A DNA stretch of 64,000 nucleotides, from the NCBI GenBank assembly GCA_040285825.1, contig JAUPSS010000016.1:1-64000 (forward strand), in the 5' to 3' direction. The position numbers and the translations under genes were made by a program. The stretch is from Eukaryota sp. TZLM1-RC (Eukaryota; Protista; Metamonada: BaSk clade). The notes beneath the pieces are model-generated. The model did no database searches. It worked only from the letters and a program-made list of their open reading frames with translations, and was not told the DNA's origin. Position 1 is the first letter of the stretch. Each line of letters opens with the position of its first letter. Shown here in pieces: positions 10,101 to 24,949 of the stretch.

Positions 10101-13100
10101 TAACATTTGACAAGGGATCTACTGTGGATACTTCCATTTTCAAAGTGACTGGTAATGGTAAATTGAAGTTTATTGATGCTAATTTTGATGGTTTAACTGA
10201 ATTTAGTTCAACTAATGGTGATGTGGAGTTTGATTATGATGAAGAGTTGAACCTAAATGCGGAATTTACTTTTGAAGATTCTACTGTGGATTTTGGGAAT
10301 GATGAAGTAAGTTTTAGTTTTCAAGAAGTTGAATTTATTGCATCAACAAGGAAAGGTAATGGTGATCTCTCTGTTGAAAATTTGAGAATTGCCGACACAG
10401 ATTTTCGAGATGATTCTCGCACATCATGTACGGTTTCTTGTAAAATTTTCAATGGTGATACTGGGAAAATCAAAGTCAAGGATGGTCATGTGCTTGATTT
10501 TGATGGTGATGGAAGTATTGGAGATGTTATAGAGCAATTGCTCGAAATTGATGTTAAATCTGGTTCTTTTATTTTTAAACAAAGATGCTTCTTTTACAAC
10601 TGATTCAAATGTGCGAATTGTTGAATCTTCTGATCTCAATTTTCAAATATTGGGTACTTTTTGACATTAACCAAAAAGGTACTTTGCACATTGATAACGC
10701 ATTCACTCTTGAAGGAGCTGTCAATGTTAATAGTCAAGGTTCATTACAATTAGATTCAAGTACTGATGTTGAGGGTAAGTTGAATATATTTGAAAATGGT
10801 CATGCTGAATTTAAAGGTGACATATTTACCTTTAAAAAGGATTCAACCCTTTCAGTTCATCCGGGGACCTTAACTTTAGAAGATCCTATATCATTAGTTA
10901 TTGAAGGTACTTATGAAGGTGATTATATTGAACATTCAGATGGCCAATTAACATTTGACAAGGGATCTACTGTGGATACTTCCATTTTCAAAGTGACTGG
11001 TAATGGTAAATTGAAGTTTATTGATGCTAATTTTGATGGTTTAACTGAATTTAGTTCAACTAATGGTGATGTGGAGTTTGATTATGATGAAGAGTTGAAC
11101 CTAAATGCGGAATTTACTTTTGAAGATTCTACTGTGGATTTTGGGAATGATGAAGTAAGTTTTAGTTTTCAAGAAGTTGAATTTATTGCATCAACAAGGA
11201 AAGGTAATGGTGATCTCTCTGTTGAAAATTTGAGAATTGCCGACACAGATTTTCGAGATGATTCTCGCACATCATGTACGGTTTCTTGTAAAATTTTCAA
11301 TGGTGATACTGGGAAAATCAAAGTCAAGGATGGTCATGTGCTTGATTTTGATGGTGATGGAAGTATTGGAGATGTTATAGAGCAATTGCTCGAAATTGAT
11401 GTTAAATCTGGTTCTTTTATTTTAAACAAAGATGCTTCTTTTACAACTGATTCAAATGTGCGAATTGTTGAATCTTCTGATCTCAATTTTCAAATATTGG
11501 GTACTTTTGACATTAACCAAAAAGGTACTTTGCACATTGATAACGCATTCACTCTTGAAGGAGCTGTCAATGTTAATAGTCAAGGTTCATTACAATTAGA
11601 TTCAAGTACTGATGTTGAGGGTAAGTTGAATATATTTGAAAATGGTCATGCTGAATTTAAAGGTGACATATTTACCTTTAAAAAGGATTCAACCCTTTCA
11701 GTTCATCCGGGGACCTTAACTTTAGAAGATCCTATATCATTAGTTATTGAAGGTACTTATGAAGGTGATTATATTGAACATTCAGTTGGCCAATTAACAT
11801 TTGACAAGGGATCTACTGTGGATACTTCCATTTTCAAAGTGACTGGTAATGGTAAATTGAAGTTTATTGATGCTAATTTTGATGGTTTAACTGAATTCAG
11901 TTCAACTAATGGTGATGTGGAGTTTGATTATGATGAAGAGTTGAACCTAAATGTGGAATTTACTTTTGAAGATTCTACTGTGGATTTTGGGAATGATGAA
12001 GTAAGTTTTAGTTTTCAAGAAGTTGAATTTATTGCATCAACAAGGAAAGGTAATGGTGATCTCTCTGTTGAAAATTTGAGAATTTCCGACACAGATTTTC
12101 GAGATGATTCTCGCACATCATGTACGGTTTCTTGTAAAATTTTCAATGGTGATGCTGGGAAAATCAAAGTCAAGGATGGTCATGTGCTTGATTTTGATGG
12201 TGATGGAAGTATTGGAGATGTTATAGAGCAATTGCTCGAAATTGATGTTAAATCTGGTTCTTTTATTTTAAACAAAGATACTTCTTTTACAACTGATTCA
12301 ACTGTGCGAATTGTTGAATCTTCTGATCTCAATTTTCAAATTTTGGGTACTTTTGACATTAACCAAAAAGGTACTTTGCACATTGATAACGCATTCACTC
12401 TTGAAGGAGCTGTCAATGTTAATAGTCAAGGTTCATTACAATTAGATTCAAGTACTGATGTTGAGGGTAAGTTGAATATATTTGAAAATGGTCATGCTGA
12501 ATTTAAAGGTGACATATTTACCTTTAAAAAGGATTCAACCCTTTCAGTTCACCCAGGGACCTTAACTTTAGAAGATCCTATATCATTAGTTATTGAAGGT
12601 ACTTATGAAGGTGATTATATTGAACATTCAGATGGCCAATTAACATTTGACAAGGGATCTACTGTGGATACTTCCATTTTCAAAGTGACTGGTAATGGTA
12701 AATTGAAGTTTATTGATGCTAATTTTGATGGTTTAACTGAATTTAGTTCAACTAATGGTGATGTGGAGTTTGATTATGATGAAGAGTTGAACCTAAATGC
12801 GGAATTTACTTTTGAAGATTCTACTGTGGATTTTGGGAATGATGAAGTAAGTTTTAGTTTTCAAGAAGTTGAATTTATTGCATCAACAAGGAAAGGTAAT
12901 GGTGATCTCTCTGTTGAAAATTTGAGAATTGCCGACACAGATTTTCGAGATGATTCTCGCACATCATGTACGGTTTCTTGTAAAATTTTCAATGGTGATG
13001 CTGGGAAAATCAAAGTCAAGGATGGTCATGTGCTTGATTTTGATGGTGATGGAAGTATTGGAGATGTTATAGAGCAATTGCTCGAAATTGATGTTAAATC

Positions 13101-16100
13101 TGGTTCTTTTATTTTAAACAAAGATACTTCTTTTACAACTGATTCAACTGTGCGAATTGTTGAATCTTCTGATCTCAATTTTCAAATTTTGGGTACTTTT
13201 GACATTAACCAAAAAGGTACTTTGCACATTGATAACGCATTCACTCTTGAAGGAGCTGTCAATGTTAATAGTCAAGGTTCATTACAATTAGATTCAAGTA
13301 CTGATGTTGAGGGTAAGTTGAATATATTTGAAAATGGTCATGCTGAATTTAAAGGTGACATATTTACCTTTAAAAAGGATTCAACCCTTTCAGTTCACCC
13401 AGGGACCTTAACTTTAGAAGATCCTATATCATTAGTTATTGAAGGTACTTATGAAGGTGATTATATTGAACATTCAGATGGCCAATTAACATTTGACAAG
13501 GGATCTACTGTGGATACTTCCATTTTCAAAGTGACTGGTAATGGTAAATTGAAGTTTATTGATGCTAATTTTGATGGTTTAACTGAATTTAGTTCAACTA
13601 ATGGTGATGTGGAGTTTGATTATGATGAAGAGTTGAACCTAAATGCGGAATTTACTTTTTGAAGATTCTACTGTGGATTTTTGGGAATGATGAAGTAAGT
13701 TTTAGTTTTCAAGAAGTTGAATTTATTGCATCAACAAGGAAAGGTAATGGTGATCTCTCTGTTGAAAATTTGAGAATTGCCGACACAGATTTTCGAGATG
13801 ATTCTCGCACATCATGTACGGTTTCTTGTAAAATTTTCAATGGTGATGCTGGGAAAATCAAAGTCAAGGATGGTCATGTGCTTGATTTTGATGGTGATGG
13901 AAGTATTGGAGATGTTATAGAGCAATTGCTCGAAATTGATGTTAAATCTGGTTCTTTTATTTTAAACAAAGATACTTCTTTTACAACTGATTCAAATGTG
14001 CGAATTGTTGAATCTTCTGATCTCAATTTTCAAATATTGGGTACTTTTGACATTAACCAAAAAGGTACTTTGCACATTGATAACGCATTCACTCTTGAAG
14101 GAGCTGTCAATGTTAATAGTCAAGGTTCATTACAATTAGATTCAAGTACTGATGTTGAGGGTAAGTTGAATATATTTGAAAATGGTCATGCTGAATTTAA
14201 AGGTGACATATTTACCTTTAAAAAGGATTCAACCCTTTCAGTTCACCCGGGGACCTTAACTTTAGAAGATCCTATATCATTAGTTATTGAAGGTACTTAT
14301 GAAGGTGATTATATTGAACATTCAGTTGGCCAATTAACATTTGACAAGGGATCTACTGTGGATACTTCCATTTTCAAAGTGACTGGTAATGGTAAATTGA
14401 AGTTTATTGATGCTAATTTTGATGGTTTAACTGAATTCAGTTCAACTAATGGTGATGTGGAGTTTGATTATGATGAAGAGTTGAACCTAAATGCGGAATT
14501 TACTTTTGAAGATTCTACTGTGGATTTTGGGAATGATGAAGTAAGTTTTAGTTTTCAAGAAGTTGAATTTATTGCATCAACAAGGAAAGGTAATGGTGAT
14601 CTCTCTGTTGAAAATTTGAGAATTTCCGACACAGATTTTCGAGATGATTCTCGCACATCATGTACGGTTTCTTGTATAATTTTCAATGGTGATGCTGGGA
14701 AAATCAAAGTTAAGGATGGTCATGTGCTTGATTTTGATGGTGATGGAAGTATTGGAGATGTTATAGAGCAATTGCTCGAAATTGATGTTAAATCTGGTTC
14801 TTTTATTTTAAACAAAGATGCTTCTTTTACAACTGATTCAAATGTGCGAATTGTTGAATCTTCTGATCTCAATTTTCAAATATTGGGTACTTTTGACATT
14901 AACCAAAAAGGTACTTTGCACATTGATAACGCATTCACTCTTGAAGGAGCTGTCAATGTTAATAGTCAAGGTTCATTACAATTAGATTCAAGTACTGATG
15001 TTGAGGGTAAGTTGAATATATTTGAAAATGGTCATGCTGAATTTAAAGGTGACATATTTACCTTTAAAAAGGATTCAACCCTTTCAGTTCACCCAGGGAC
15101 CTTAACTTTAGAAGATCCTATATCATTAGTTATTGAAGGTACTTATGAAGGTGATTATATTGAACATTCAGTTGGCCAATTAACATTTGACAAGGGCTCT
15201 ACTGTGGATACTTCCATTTTCAAAGTGACTGGTAATGGTAAATTGAAGTTTATTGATGCTTATTTTGATGGTTTAACTGAATTTAGTTCAACTAATGGTG
15301 ATGTGGAGTTTGATTATGATGAAGAGTTGAACCTAAATGCGGAATTTACTTTTGAAGATTCTACTGTGGATTTTGGGAATGATGAAGTAAGTTTTAGTTT
15401 TCAAGAAGTTGAATTTATTGCATCAACAAGGAAAGGTAATGGTGATCTCTCTGTTGAAAATTTGAGAATTGCCGACACAGATTTTCGAGATGATTCTCGC
15501 ACATCATGTACGGTTTCTTGTAAAATTTTCAATGGTGATGCTGGGAAAATCAAAGTCAAGGATGGTCATGTGCTTGATTTTGATGGTGATGGAAGTATTG
15601 GAGATGTTATAGAGCAATTGCTCGAAATTGATGTTAAATCTGGTTCTTTTATTTTAAACAAAGATACTTCTTTTTACAACTGATTCAAATGTGCGAATTG
15701 TTGAATCTTCTGATCTCAATTTTCAAATATTGGGTACTTTTGACATTAACCAAAAAGGTACTTTGCACATTGATAACGCATTCACTCTTGAAGGAGCTGT
15801 CAATGTTAATAGTCAAGGTTCATTACAATTAGATTCAAGTACTGATGTTGAGGGTAAGTTGAATATATTTGAAAATGGTCATGCTGAATTTAAAGGTGAC
15901 ATATTTACCTTTAAAAAGGATTCAACCCTTTCAGTTCACCCAGGGACCTTAACTTTAGAAGATCCTATATCATTAGTTATTGAAGGTACTTATGAAGGTG
16001 ATTATATTGAACATTCAGTTGGCCAATTAACATTTGACAAGGGATCTACTGTGGATACTTCCATTTTCAAAGTGACTGGTAATGGTAAATTGAAGTTTAT

Positions 16101-19100
16101 TGATGCTAATTTTGATGGTTTAACTGAATTTAGTTCAACTAATGGTGATGTGGAGTTTGATTATGATGAAGAGTTGAACCTAAATGCGGAATTTACTTTT
16201 GAAGATTCTACTGTGGATTTTGGGAATGATGAAGTAAGTTTTAGTTTTCAAGAAGTTGAATTTATTGCATCAACAAGGAAAGGTAATGGTGATCTCTCTG
16301 TTGAAAACTTAAGAATTTCTGACACAGATTTTCGAGATGATTCTCGCACATCATGTACGGTTTCTTGTAAAATTTTCAATGGTGATACTGGGAAAATCAA
16401 AGTTAAGGATGGTCATGTGCTTGATTTTGATGGTGATGGAAGTATTGGAGATGTTATAGAACAATTGCTTGAAATTGATGTTAAATCTGGTTCTTTTATT
16501 TTAAACAAAGATACTTCTTTTACAACTGATTCAAATGTGCGAATTGTTGAATCTTCTGATCTCAATTTTCAAATATTGGGTACTTTTGACATTAACCAAA
16601 AAGGTACTTTGCACATTGATAACGCATTCACTCTTGAAGGAGCTGTCAATGTTAATAGTCAAGGTTCATTACAATTAGATTCAAGTACTGATGTTGAGGG
16701 TAAGTTGAATATATTTGAAAATGGTCATGCTGAATTTAAAGGTGACATATTTACCTTTAAAAAGGATTCAACCCTTTCAGTTCACCCGGGGACCTTAACT
16801 TTAGAAGATCCTATATCATTAGTTATTGAAGGTACTTATGAAGGTGATTATATTGAACATTCAGTTGGCCAATTAACATTTGACAAGGGATCTACTGTGG
16901 ATACTTCCATTTTCAAAGTGACTGGTAATGGTAAATTGAAGTTTATTGATGCTAATTTTGATGGTTTAACTGAATTCAGTTCAACTAATGGTGATGTGGA
17001 GTTTGATTATGATGAAGAGTTGAACCTAAATGCGGAATTTACTTTTGAAGATTCTACTGTGGATTTTGGGAATGATGAAGTAAGTTTTAGTTTTCAAGAA
17101 GTTGAATTTATTGCATCAACAAGGAAGGGTAATGGTGATCTCTCTGTTGAAAACTTAAAAATTTCCGACACAGATTTTCAAGATGATTCTCGCACATCAT
17201 GTACGGTTTCTTGTAAAATTTTCAATGGTGATGCTGGGAAAATCAAAGTTAAGGATGGTCATGTGCTTGATTTTGATGGTGATGGAAGTATTGGAGATGT
17301 TATAGAGCAATTGCTCGAAATTGATGTTAAATCTGGTTCTTTTATTTTAAACAAAGATACTTCTTTTACAACTGATTCAAATGTGCGAATTGTTGAATCT
17401 TCTGATCATAATTTTCAAATATTGGGTACTTTTGACATTAACCAAAAAGGTACTTTGCACATTGATAACGCATTCACTCTTGAAGGAGCTGTCAATGTTA
17501 ATAGTCAAGGTTCATTACAATTAGATTCAAGTACTGATGTTGAGGGTAAGTTGAATATATTTGAAAATGGTCATGCTGAATTTAAAGGTGACATATTTAC
17601 CTTTAAAAAGGATTCAACCCTTTCAGTTCACCCAGGGACCTTAACTTTAGAAGATCCTATATCATTAGTTATTGAAGGTACTTATGAAGGTGATTATATT
17701 GAACATTCAGTTGGCCAATTAACATTTGACAAGGGATCTACTGTGGATACTTCCATTTTCAAAGTGACTGGTAATGGTAAATTGAAGTTTATTGATGCTA
17801 ATTTTGATGGTTTAACTGAATTTAGTTCAACTAATGGTGATGTGGAGTTTGATTATGATGAAGAGTTGAACCTAAATGCGGAATTTACTTTTGAAGATTC
17901 TACTGTGGATTTTGGGAATGATGAAGTAAGTTTTAGTTTTCAAGAAGTTGAATTTATTGCATCAACAAGGAAAGGTAATGGTGATCTCTCTGTTGAAAAT
18001 TTGAGAATTTCCGATACAGTATTTGTTGATGTTGCTGTTACTAGTTGTACTGTATCTTGCACGTTTTCGTCAGGTATTCTCAATCAAATTCAACTGTCAT
18101 CCGGTCACGAGATTGATATATTTCCAACTGTTTCTATTCAAAATGCTGCCACCATGAACTTTTTGCTTAATAATGCCAATCTTTTCTTTTTTAATAGTGT
18201 TACACTTTCAAGTGTGTATTTTTTTGGGCTTTTTGACTCGGAAATCAAATTTACTGATAGCCAATTAAACCATGTTTCTTTTGTACTACCTACTGATTCC
18301 AATAGTCTCGTCATTTTTGAAGACACTTTAATCTGTGATGAATGTAAATTTGAGTGGTCTGTCGAAATTCATGGCAGTTTCTGCATTAGCAAAGGCTCTT
18401 CAAAGTTTTTACATCACGTTATTTTCGATTCAATTGTCACTATCAATCCAGAAGCTTATTTAATTATCAATTCTTTTGCGATGTTTACTAAAATGTCTGT
18501 TATGTCGTATGATCAGGGTCTAATAACCAGTAGTTCTGCAGTAATCACTGTTGCTGGTACTTGGATCATTGAGGGTGGTATATTTGATGCAAACAATGTC
18601 ACATTCACTTTTACGGAATCTTCTTCATTTGTTTTTGACTTTATTCATTTACAAGATTCTACAGTCATTTTCTATACTTTTATTGAATATTGTTCCTTGT
18701 TTCAGTTGAATAATTCGCAAGTTTCTGTTTATGACATTTCGAGCTCTTTTACAATAGAATTTCTTTCCCTTGGTGATTCGAATTTTGTAATGGAAAATCT
18801 CAATACTAATGTCACTGTGGTTGATGTCTCTATGGAAAATTCTACTCTCTCTCTTGTTAACATTGATGAGTTTTTGTATATTGAAACGCTCAATACTATT
18901 GACAGTGATATTGTGTGCAACAGTGGAAATTTGTGTGTCATAGGAAACTCTTCCAGTCTTGATTCGAATTTTTTTGAGTATAGTCCTTTCCTTTTTCTGA
19001 GTGACGTAGATTTAAACATTGACTTGAATGATGGTAGTACTTGTTGTCCAACCTCTTCATGTTCTATCATGGTGTCATTTGAATTAACCAGTCAGGTTAG

Positions 19101-22100
19101 TAATTTTTTGGAATTCAGTTTTATGGGTGCTACAGCTGAATGGCCTTTTCCCTGGGTGTCAGATACACATTTTGGCATTACCATCATTGATCTTCACAAT
19201 GTTGAACAAAATTTCGAGTTTTTCTACTTCAGCGTTGGTATTAATACACAGTTTCTATTGATATCATCATCTTTACCTATTTGTCCATTGACAATCACAG
19301 ATGTTTCTAGGCCGATCACCAGCGGTGATTCGGTAACGATTTCAGGGGAAAATTTTGGCATATCTGATTTTTTCATCACTATAGACATTCCCACTTTAAA
19401 TATTTTTGTCAATACCACCGACCATGATCATTATTCGCTAACTTTCAGTGTCGGAGAAGGAGCTGGTTGTCATAATTTCACTCTAATTCCACAAAATAGG
19501 CCTCATTATTACACTTCATTCTGTTATGGTGTACCCTTCATTGAATATTTTGCACCTCTAAATCTACCTTTTTCTTCTGATTTTGTTATTAATGGTTATA
19601 ATTTTGGAGTTATCGACTCCTTTGAAATCGAATTTTCCAATGTCTTGTTTAGTTATGAATTGTTTTCTGTGTCTTACAGTTTTGCTATTCTCAATATCAA
19701 CTATCTTTGCACTTTTGATATTGAATCTGAGGTGGAAATGGTTGTTTTTGCAGGTGGACAATCAAGTAATTCAATCAAGGTTCCGTTAACAGTTCCCACT
19801 TTCAAGATTTTTCCTGATGCACTACCCTTTAGTGGGGGAAGCTTTATAATTGAAGGGTACTCATTTGGTAACTTGTTCCAGTATGATTGTTTACCTCATG
19901 CTGATGTTTCATGTGATGATGCTGACGTCACCTTTGCACCACATCCCAGTCATCCAAATAGACTTGATGTAGATATTTCAAACTTGACCAGCAATATTAC
20001 AACTCTTAATTGTTTTTTGATTCTGTCTCCTTTTATTAATTCTTCCTTCTCTGTAAGTATTGCAACAATTGGAGTCGCGCCGATGGATGGTATTTGTTTT
20101 GTTGAAACTAAATGTAAAATCACCGTATTTGGGGATGTAGATTTTTCCAGTCTTGTTCCTCAGGTATATGGGTTGGAACTATTAAATTATCAAGCAAACA
20201 TTGGGCAAGGAGTTATAGACATACTTCCATTTCTCTCTAGTCCTACCTTAGAACTATGTTCTCGTTATGTTTGTTTTCCTGTGTCAAGGTTTCCGGCAAT
20301 GGCAACAGTTATATCATTTGCACCTAAAGCTGTTCCTTTTTCTGCATCTGGGGAAACTATTTGTTTGGAAATGATGGTATCTAATTCAGGCTTTTATAGT
20401 TCTTTTACCAATGCATTTTCCTTTTCTGATTTTGATTTAACTGTTACTGCTTCGTACTCTGATGTGCTTAATGTATGCTTTGTGCCGACCTCAGTTGGCA
20501 TTTTTCCCTTAAACATTCACAGTCTTTATAGTACTAAACAGACGGATCTCTATTTGGAAGTTTTTGACCCTTTTAGTTTACCAACACTACTAACTGGTGG
20601 AAAGAGTCACATTTTCTTTCCTGCCCCTTTTGGTTTGACCTTGCGTATGGGGTCGTTGTTCTATGATATTAATCCTGGATACAACACAATTGATTTGGAA
20701 TACATTAAACAATGTCCCACTGTAGTTGAAGTAATTGATGGTTCCTCTTCACGATTTTTGATTGCTGATTGTTTTGAGTCAGTTACTATTTCTCCTCAAG
20801 AACTTCTTGTTGCTCATCCATCTTTTTTTGATATTTCCTTACCCACAACAGATGCAAAAATTGATGTCGACTGTTTATCTGATGATTGTGAAATTTTGAG
20901 TTTAATTAGAGAACAATCTACTCTGCGTCTTTATTTAAATATTCTCATTCCTGGACGTTTTGCTCTAGAGCTGACCATTGCTGAATACGAACATTTTTCC
21001 AAGAAACAGTTTGAATTAATTGCGTTTGAAGTACCACAATTTATTATCCTTTCACCAACCGAATTTTTTCTTTATCAAAATGCATCAATCAAGCTTATTG
21101 TTGAAAGTAGTATTAGTTCACTCTCGTTTTATTGGAATTCTACTGAAGATACTGCAAATTGTAGGGAGGAATCATTTGGCTTATTTACAATCAAGTTTAT
21201 TTATTTACCTCACCTTTTGTTTCAAGAGTCGACTGCTCTTGAACTTTTGTGGGGCAATGCTCATTTTGATTACCATTCCGTAGTCACTTTTAATGTCTAT
21301 CAGACCAATATTACATCTTTAGGCGATAGTTTGATCTCTATTAGTACTAGAAACTATTGTATGCATATTTCTTTTTATCTGCCAAACTTTAGTTTAAACT
21401 GCTTAATTGATCAGATGTTGTATAGTGCAATTATAGACGGTGATACGCTCTGTTGTCTAGAAGCTCGTAGTGTACAAGTGACACCAATGAATACAGTTTT
21501 ACTGGTTGATAATTTTGGAAATATTTTAGATTCATTGGACACACCAGTAGAACCTATATTTACTGAGGATTGTTTTGTACAGAATTCGTTTTCAAGTATT
21601 GTTCTTAGCAGTTCCAATTTTGTTATTGATAAAGTTAGTGATAATGTTGAAGTAATTTCTGATGGATTTCGATGTTGTCGTTCAATCTTGAAAGAATGCT
21701 CGTTACTTTTGCCTTTAAGATCTAATTTTTCCATCAATTTTGACAATGGTATAGACCTCAGATCTGTTACAATTACAATCGATTCTGACTGTGAGTCCAC
21801 TAGTGGTTCTTTTCCTTTAGACTTTGTTTATCTTGATGCCTCCTGGAACTGCCATTCAATACCTAACGGGTTTCGATACGCTTTACAATGTACAAGTATT
21901 TTTTCTTCTACTATTGTTGATTCCATTTCATTATTCTCTGATTCTAAAGTCTATATTCTTGAGGTTGAGGTGAATGGATTTGATCCTTTCACGTGCCATG
22001 AGATAGTTGATTTTGAATCTGGCTTGACTTCATTAGGGAACGTCATACCAATAGATACAGTTGTTGTATATGAAAATTCTGTGTTTTTCACTGTTGAAAA

Positions 22101-23985
22101 TTTGTTATACGAATACTCTAATAATTCAAATGTTTTTCTTCCATCTTTAAGTTTTGATCTGGAGCTTTATTCGTCAAGCTGTCTAATTTCTACTAGTGAT
22201 TATGCTTTTGATTACTTTCCAGCAGATCCAAGATCACTGATATTTCTCTCACAAAAGGTCATTTTGGAACCAAGTCCTGTACTAGTAGATGTTGAGTGCC
22301 GAGATGGTTTTGGATATGTCACCAATTGTGTCAGTGCTAGCATTGATTTTGTTGAAAAAAGTCTTGAACTTGATTTGCTATGGTGTGATGTTGGAACCTG
22401 TGCTTTGTCTTTGTCCACTGACTATTCATTTGCTGATCTTAAACTAGGAGATCATCTTGTTACTTACACAACAGCTAACAATGATTGTGTGAATGAGTGG
22501 CGATTTTCATTGGAGCAAGAACCTTATCAATATTTGACTAGCAAATTAATTGATGTTGTACCATGCCAAACCACAGTTACCAGTTCCCATGCATGCTCCT
22601 TGGTTTCAATTGAATTTTATCTAAATGATGTTCTTCCAACATCCACACAATCATTTTTGATTGGATTTTCTCTCGATAATTTTGTCATTAGATTCTCTTA
22701 TGTGAATGGTCAAATATTATTTGATCTTTTACAAGGGATGAGGATTTTTTCACCCCCACGAATGTTGGTTAGATTAGATATTGAATACAATGGCTTGATT
22801 ACCACAGTTGAGTTCACTGCTGCAGATTGCGTTTATCCTACAGTATTTTGGAATAACCAATGTGTTTGTTCCCCTGGTTATGAGTTGAATTCTGCCCAAA
22901 CTTGTTCATTGTGTCCCTTAAATACATATGCCAATCATCGTACAGATCACCGATGTATTGAGTGTCCATTCAACAGAATTACTTTTCACAAAGGATCTAG
23001 TGGTATTGAGGATTGTGAGTGTATGAAGAACTTCTTACTAGTTGATGATTCATGTGTACGCTGTCCAAACAGAGTTACTTGCCGTTTCGGGAACATAAGT
23101 TCTTATGATGATGGCTATTTGTTTGGGTCGATATTTGAACCAACAAATTGTATCATTCGTCATTTGTGTAAGAACAATACTTGTTTGGCTGGACATTATG
23201 GTAGTCATTGCTTAGATTGTATTGATGGTTACCACTCTTTTGGTGTACTTTGTTTACAACGTTCTTTTGGCAATTTTGTTATTTCATTTGCATTTGCAAC
23301 TATTTTCTTTGTCCTATTGACATTAAGTGCTTTTTTTTATGAAAAGGTACAAAAATTTAATGATGCTAAACAGAGTGCTTTAAAGCAATCGTTAAGACAG
23401 TATACACCAAGTGAGCTAAAATTTGTCCTTAAACAAAAATCGTTTTCTTTTCTGCTTTTTTTGTTGTGTGTTTCAGAATTATTTTTTCATGGGATATCAA
23501 TGAATCAGTCCTTTATTTTTGGTTATTTGGTCTTTCCATTTCCGCGTTTGTTCCATTGGACTTTGGTGTTTGGTATATGGTTTTTTGTTTACATCGCTTC
23601 ATTTCATTTCATTTATAGCAAGTTTTTCAATGAATTCCCACGATTCGAAGTTTGTACAGTGTTTCTGTTGTTTTTTTCTAGTTTGACTCTTGTAGAACTT
23701 GTTAATTTCAACTTTTTTGAAGTTGGTCTTGTTGTTGTTATTAATTCAACCGTATTCGTATGGGTTCTCAATAAGGTGCCACAACATGGTTTTGAATTTT
23801 TTGTTTTCATTGTGGTTTTTGTCAGTAGTTTGTTTGTTCCTATTATACTATATAAGTGTATTTTAATTGTTGTTCTTTTGTTAACAGGGATTTTCAGTGC
23901 TAAATTTGACAGATTTCTCTGTTTTGGGACCAGTATATTTTTGGTGGTTAAACTAACAGTATCTACATTAACTACCTTTTCTTAG
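7199..23985 (+). CDS. Giant (~5,590 aa after correction) cell-surface protein: signal peptide, LamG-like domain, acidic beta-solenoid-like repeats, IPT/TIG-like domains, Cys-rich ephrin-receptor-like repeats, multi-pass TM C-terminus
   Basis: Four track ORFs join if five extra T's are removed (~10575, 10661, 13659, 13681, 15674). Signal MMIHLTLLLSFCLTTYS; FIGKIREFRVYSRYL (LamG-like); VTISGENFG and VINGYNFG (IPT-like); CSPGY..CSLCPLNTY; hydrophobic C-terminal segments. Confidence 0.85.
9501..18018 (+). repeat. Ten coding tandem repeats of 846 bp (282 aa), nearly identical, plus a partial unit
   Basis: The anchor CAAGGAA(A/G)GG recurs at 9501, 10347, 11195, 12041, 12887, 13735, 14581, 15427, 16274, 17120 and 17966. 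Confidence 0.97.
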
Positions 23986-24039
23986 TTTTCTTGCTTTTGG
24001 CGAAAATAATTGAATTTAATTTGATTTTATTGTTTTTAA

Positions 24040-24494
24040 TTTTTAAATTAATTAAGTTGTGGTGAATTATTTGAATTTATTGAAGACCTGATTAATATTG
24101 TTTATATTTCTTCTGATTTAAACTCAATTGCAGTAGTCGATTTTAATGGTAGTTTGTTCTGCTTGCACCTTGGAGTATGTTACTACTGAGAAGGACACTG
24201 ATGATTAATATATTGATATTCCATTATTAAAGAAATTGATAATTCATAGTAATGTTCCTATCAATATCAGTGAACAAGTCTTTCCTTATTTGAAATAGTT
24301 CAATCTGAAAAAAACCTGGTGAACACAATCTGACAGAATCGTGTCCTCTTTAATGCTTCTTCATCATGGTTTAATTACGTTTTTCTTACCTAATTGAGGA
24401 TCAATATTTAGTTGAATTATCTTGTTTTCTATGGTGGATTCAGTATTCAGCTGAAAGGTATTTGATGGAAATTTTCCGTGAGCATGCAGAATGA
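24040..24494 (+). pseudogene. Decayed 3' fragment of the RCC1-LRR gene family
   Basis: ATGGTGGATTCAGTATTCAGCTGAAAGGTATTTGATGGA is identical to the end of the 37307-39568 gene; stops and frameshifts upstream. Confidence 0.85.
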
Positions 24495-24949
24495 AATAAA
24501 CTCTCATAGAATTAATTTTATTTTCCAACTATTTTTCACATATATGCTAATAATAATAGTTTAGGTTGAGCCTATTATAGTAGATAATTGGAATAATGAT
24601 GTGACAGTTACCGCCATGTACTTTTGACTTCTAGTCGATTTTCTCCTTCTTTTATTCAAACAGCTAATTTTTTGTGTTCAACAGTATACAATTCACATTC
24701 CGTGTTTGTTAAAAGTTTCAGAATTAAGTTTTTTCGTTTCAAGTTCTTTGGCCTAAAGATTTTGGCACTAATACCAATTCTATCATTATACAACTACTAT
24801 GTCAAGTCTTTTTTCTGAATATCAACTTTTTAACCGCACAGTTACTCTCTTTGATGCTTTTCAACCAGTAAATAAACTAGTGGAAGTCATTGAATTTGAA
24901 TTTGAAGCAGTAGTTCCGCAACATTACAACCTGATGGATTGTCCAGTTC

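Noticed and set aside
10560-15690. Programmed frameshifting or phase variation in the giant gene
   Set aside because: All five shifts are T4-to-T5 in single repeat units while sister units are intact, which is typical of long-read homopolymer error. Raw reads would settle it.
18138-23810. Short antisense or alternate-frame ORFs inside the giant gene (likewise inside pol, nagB, RCC1-LRR and TFIIE)
   Set aside because: Shadow ORFs with no recognisable motifs.
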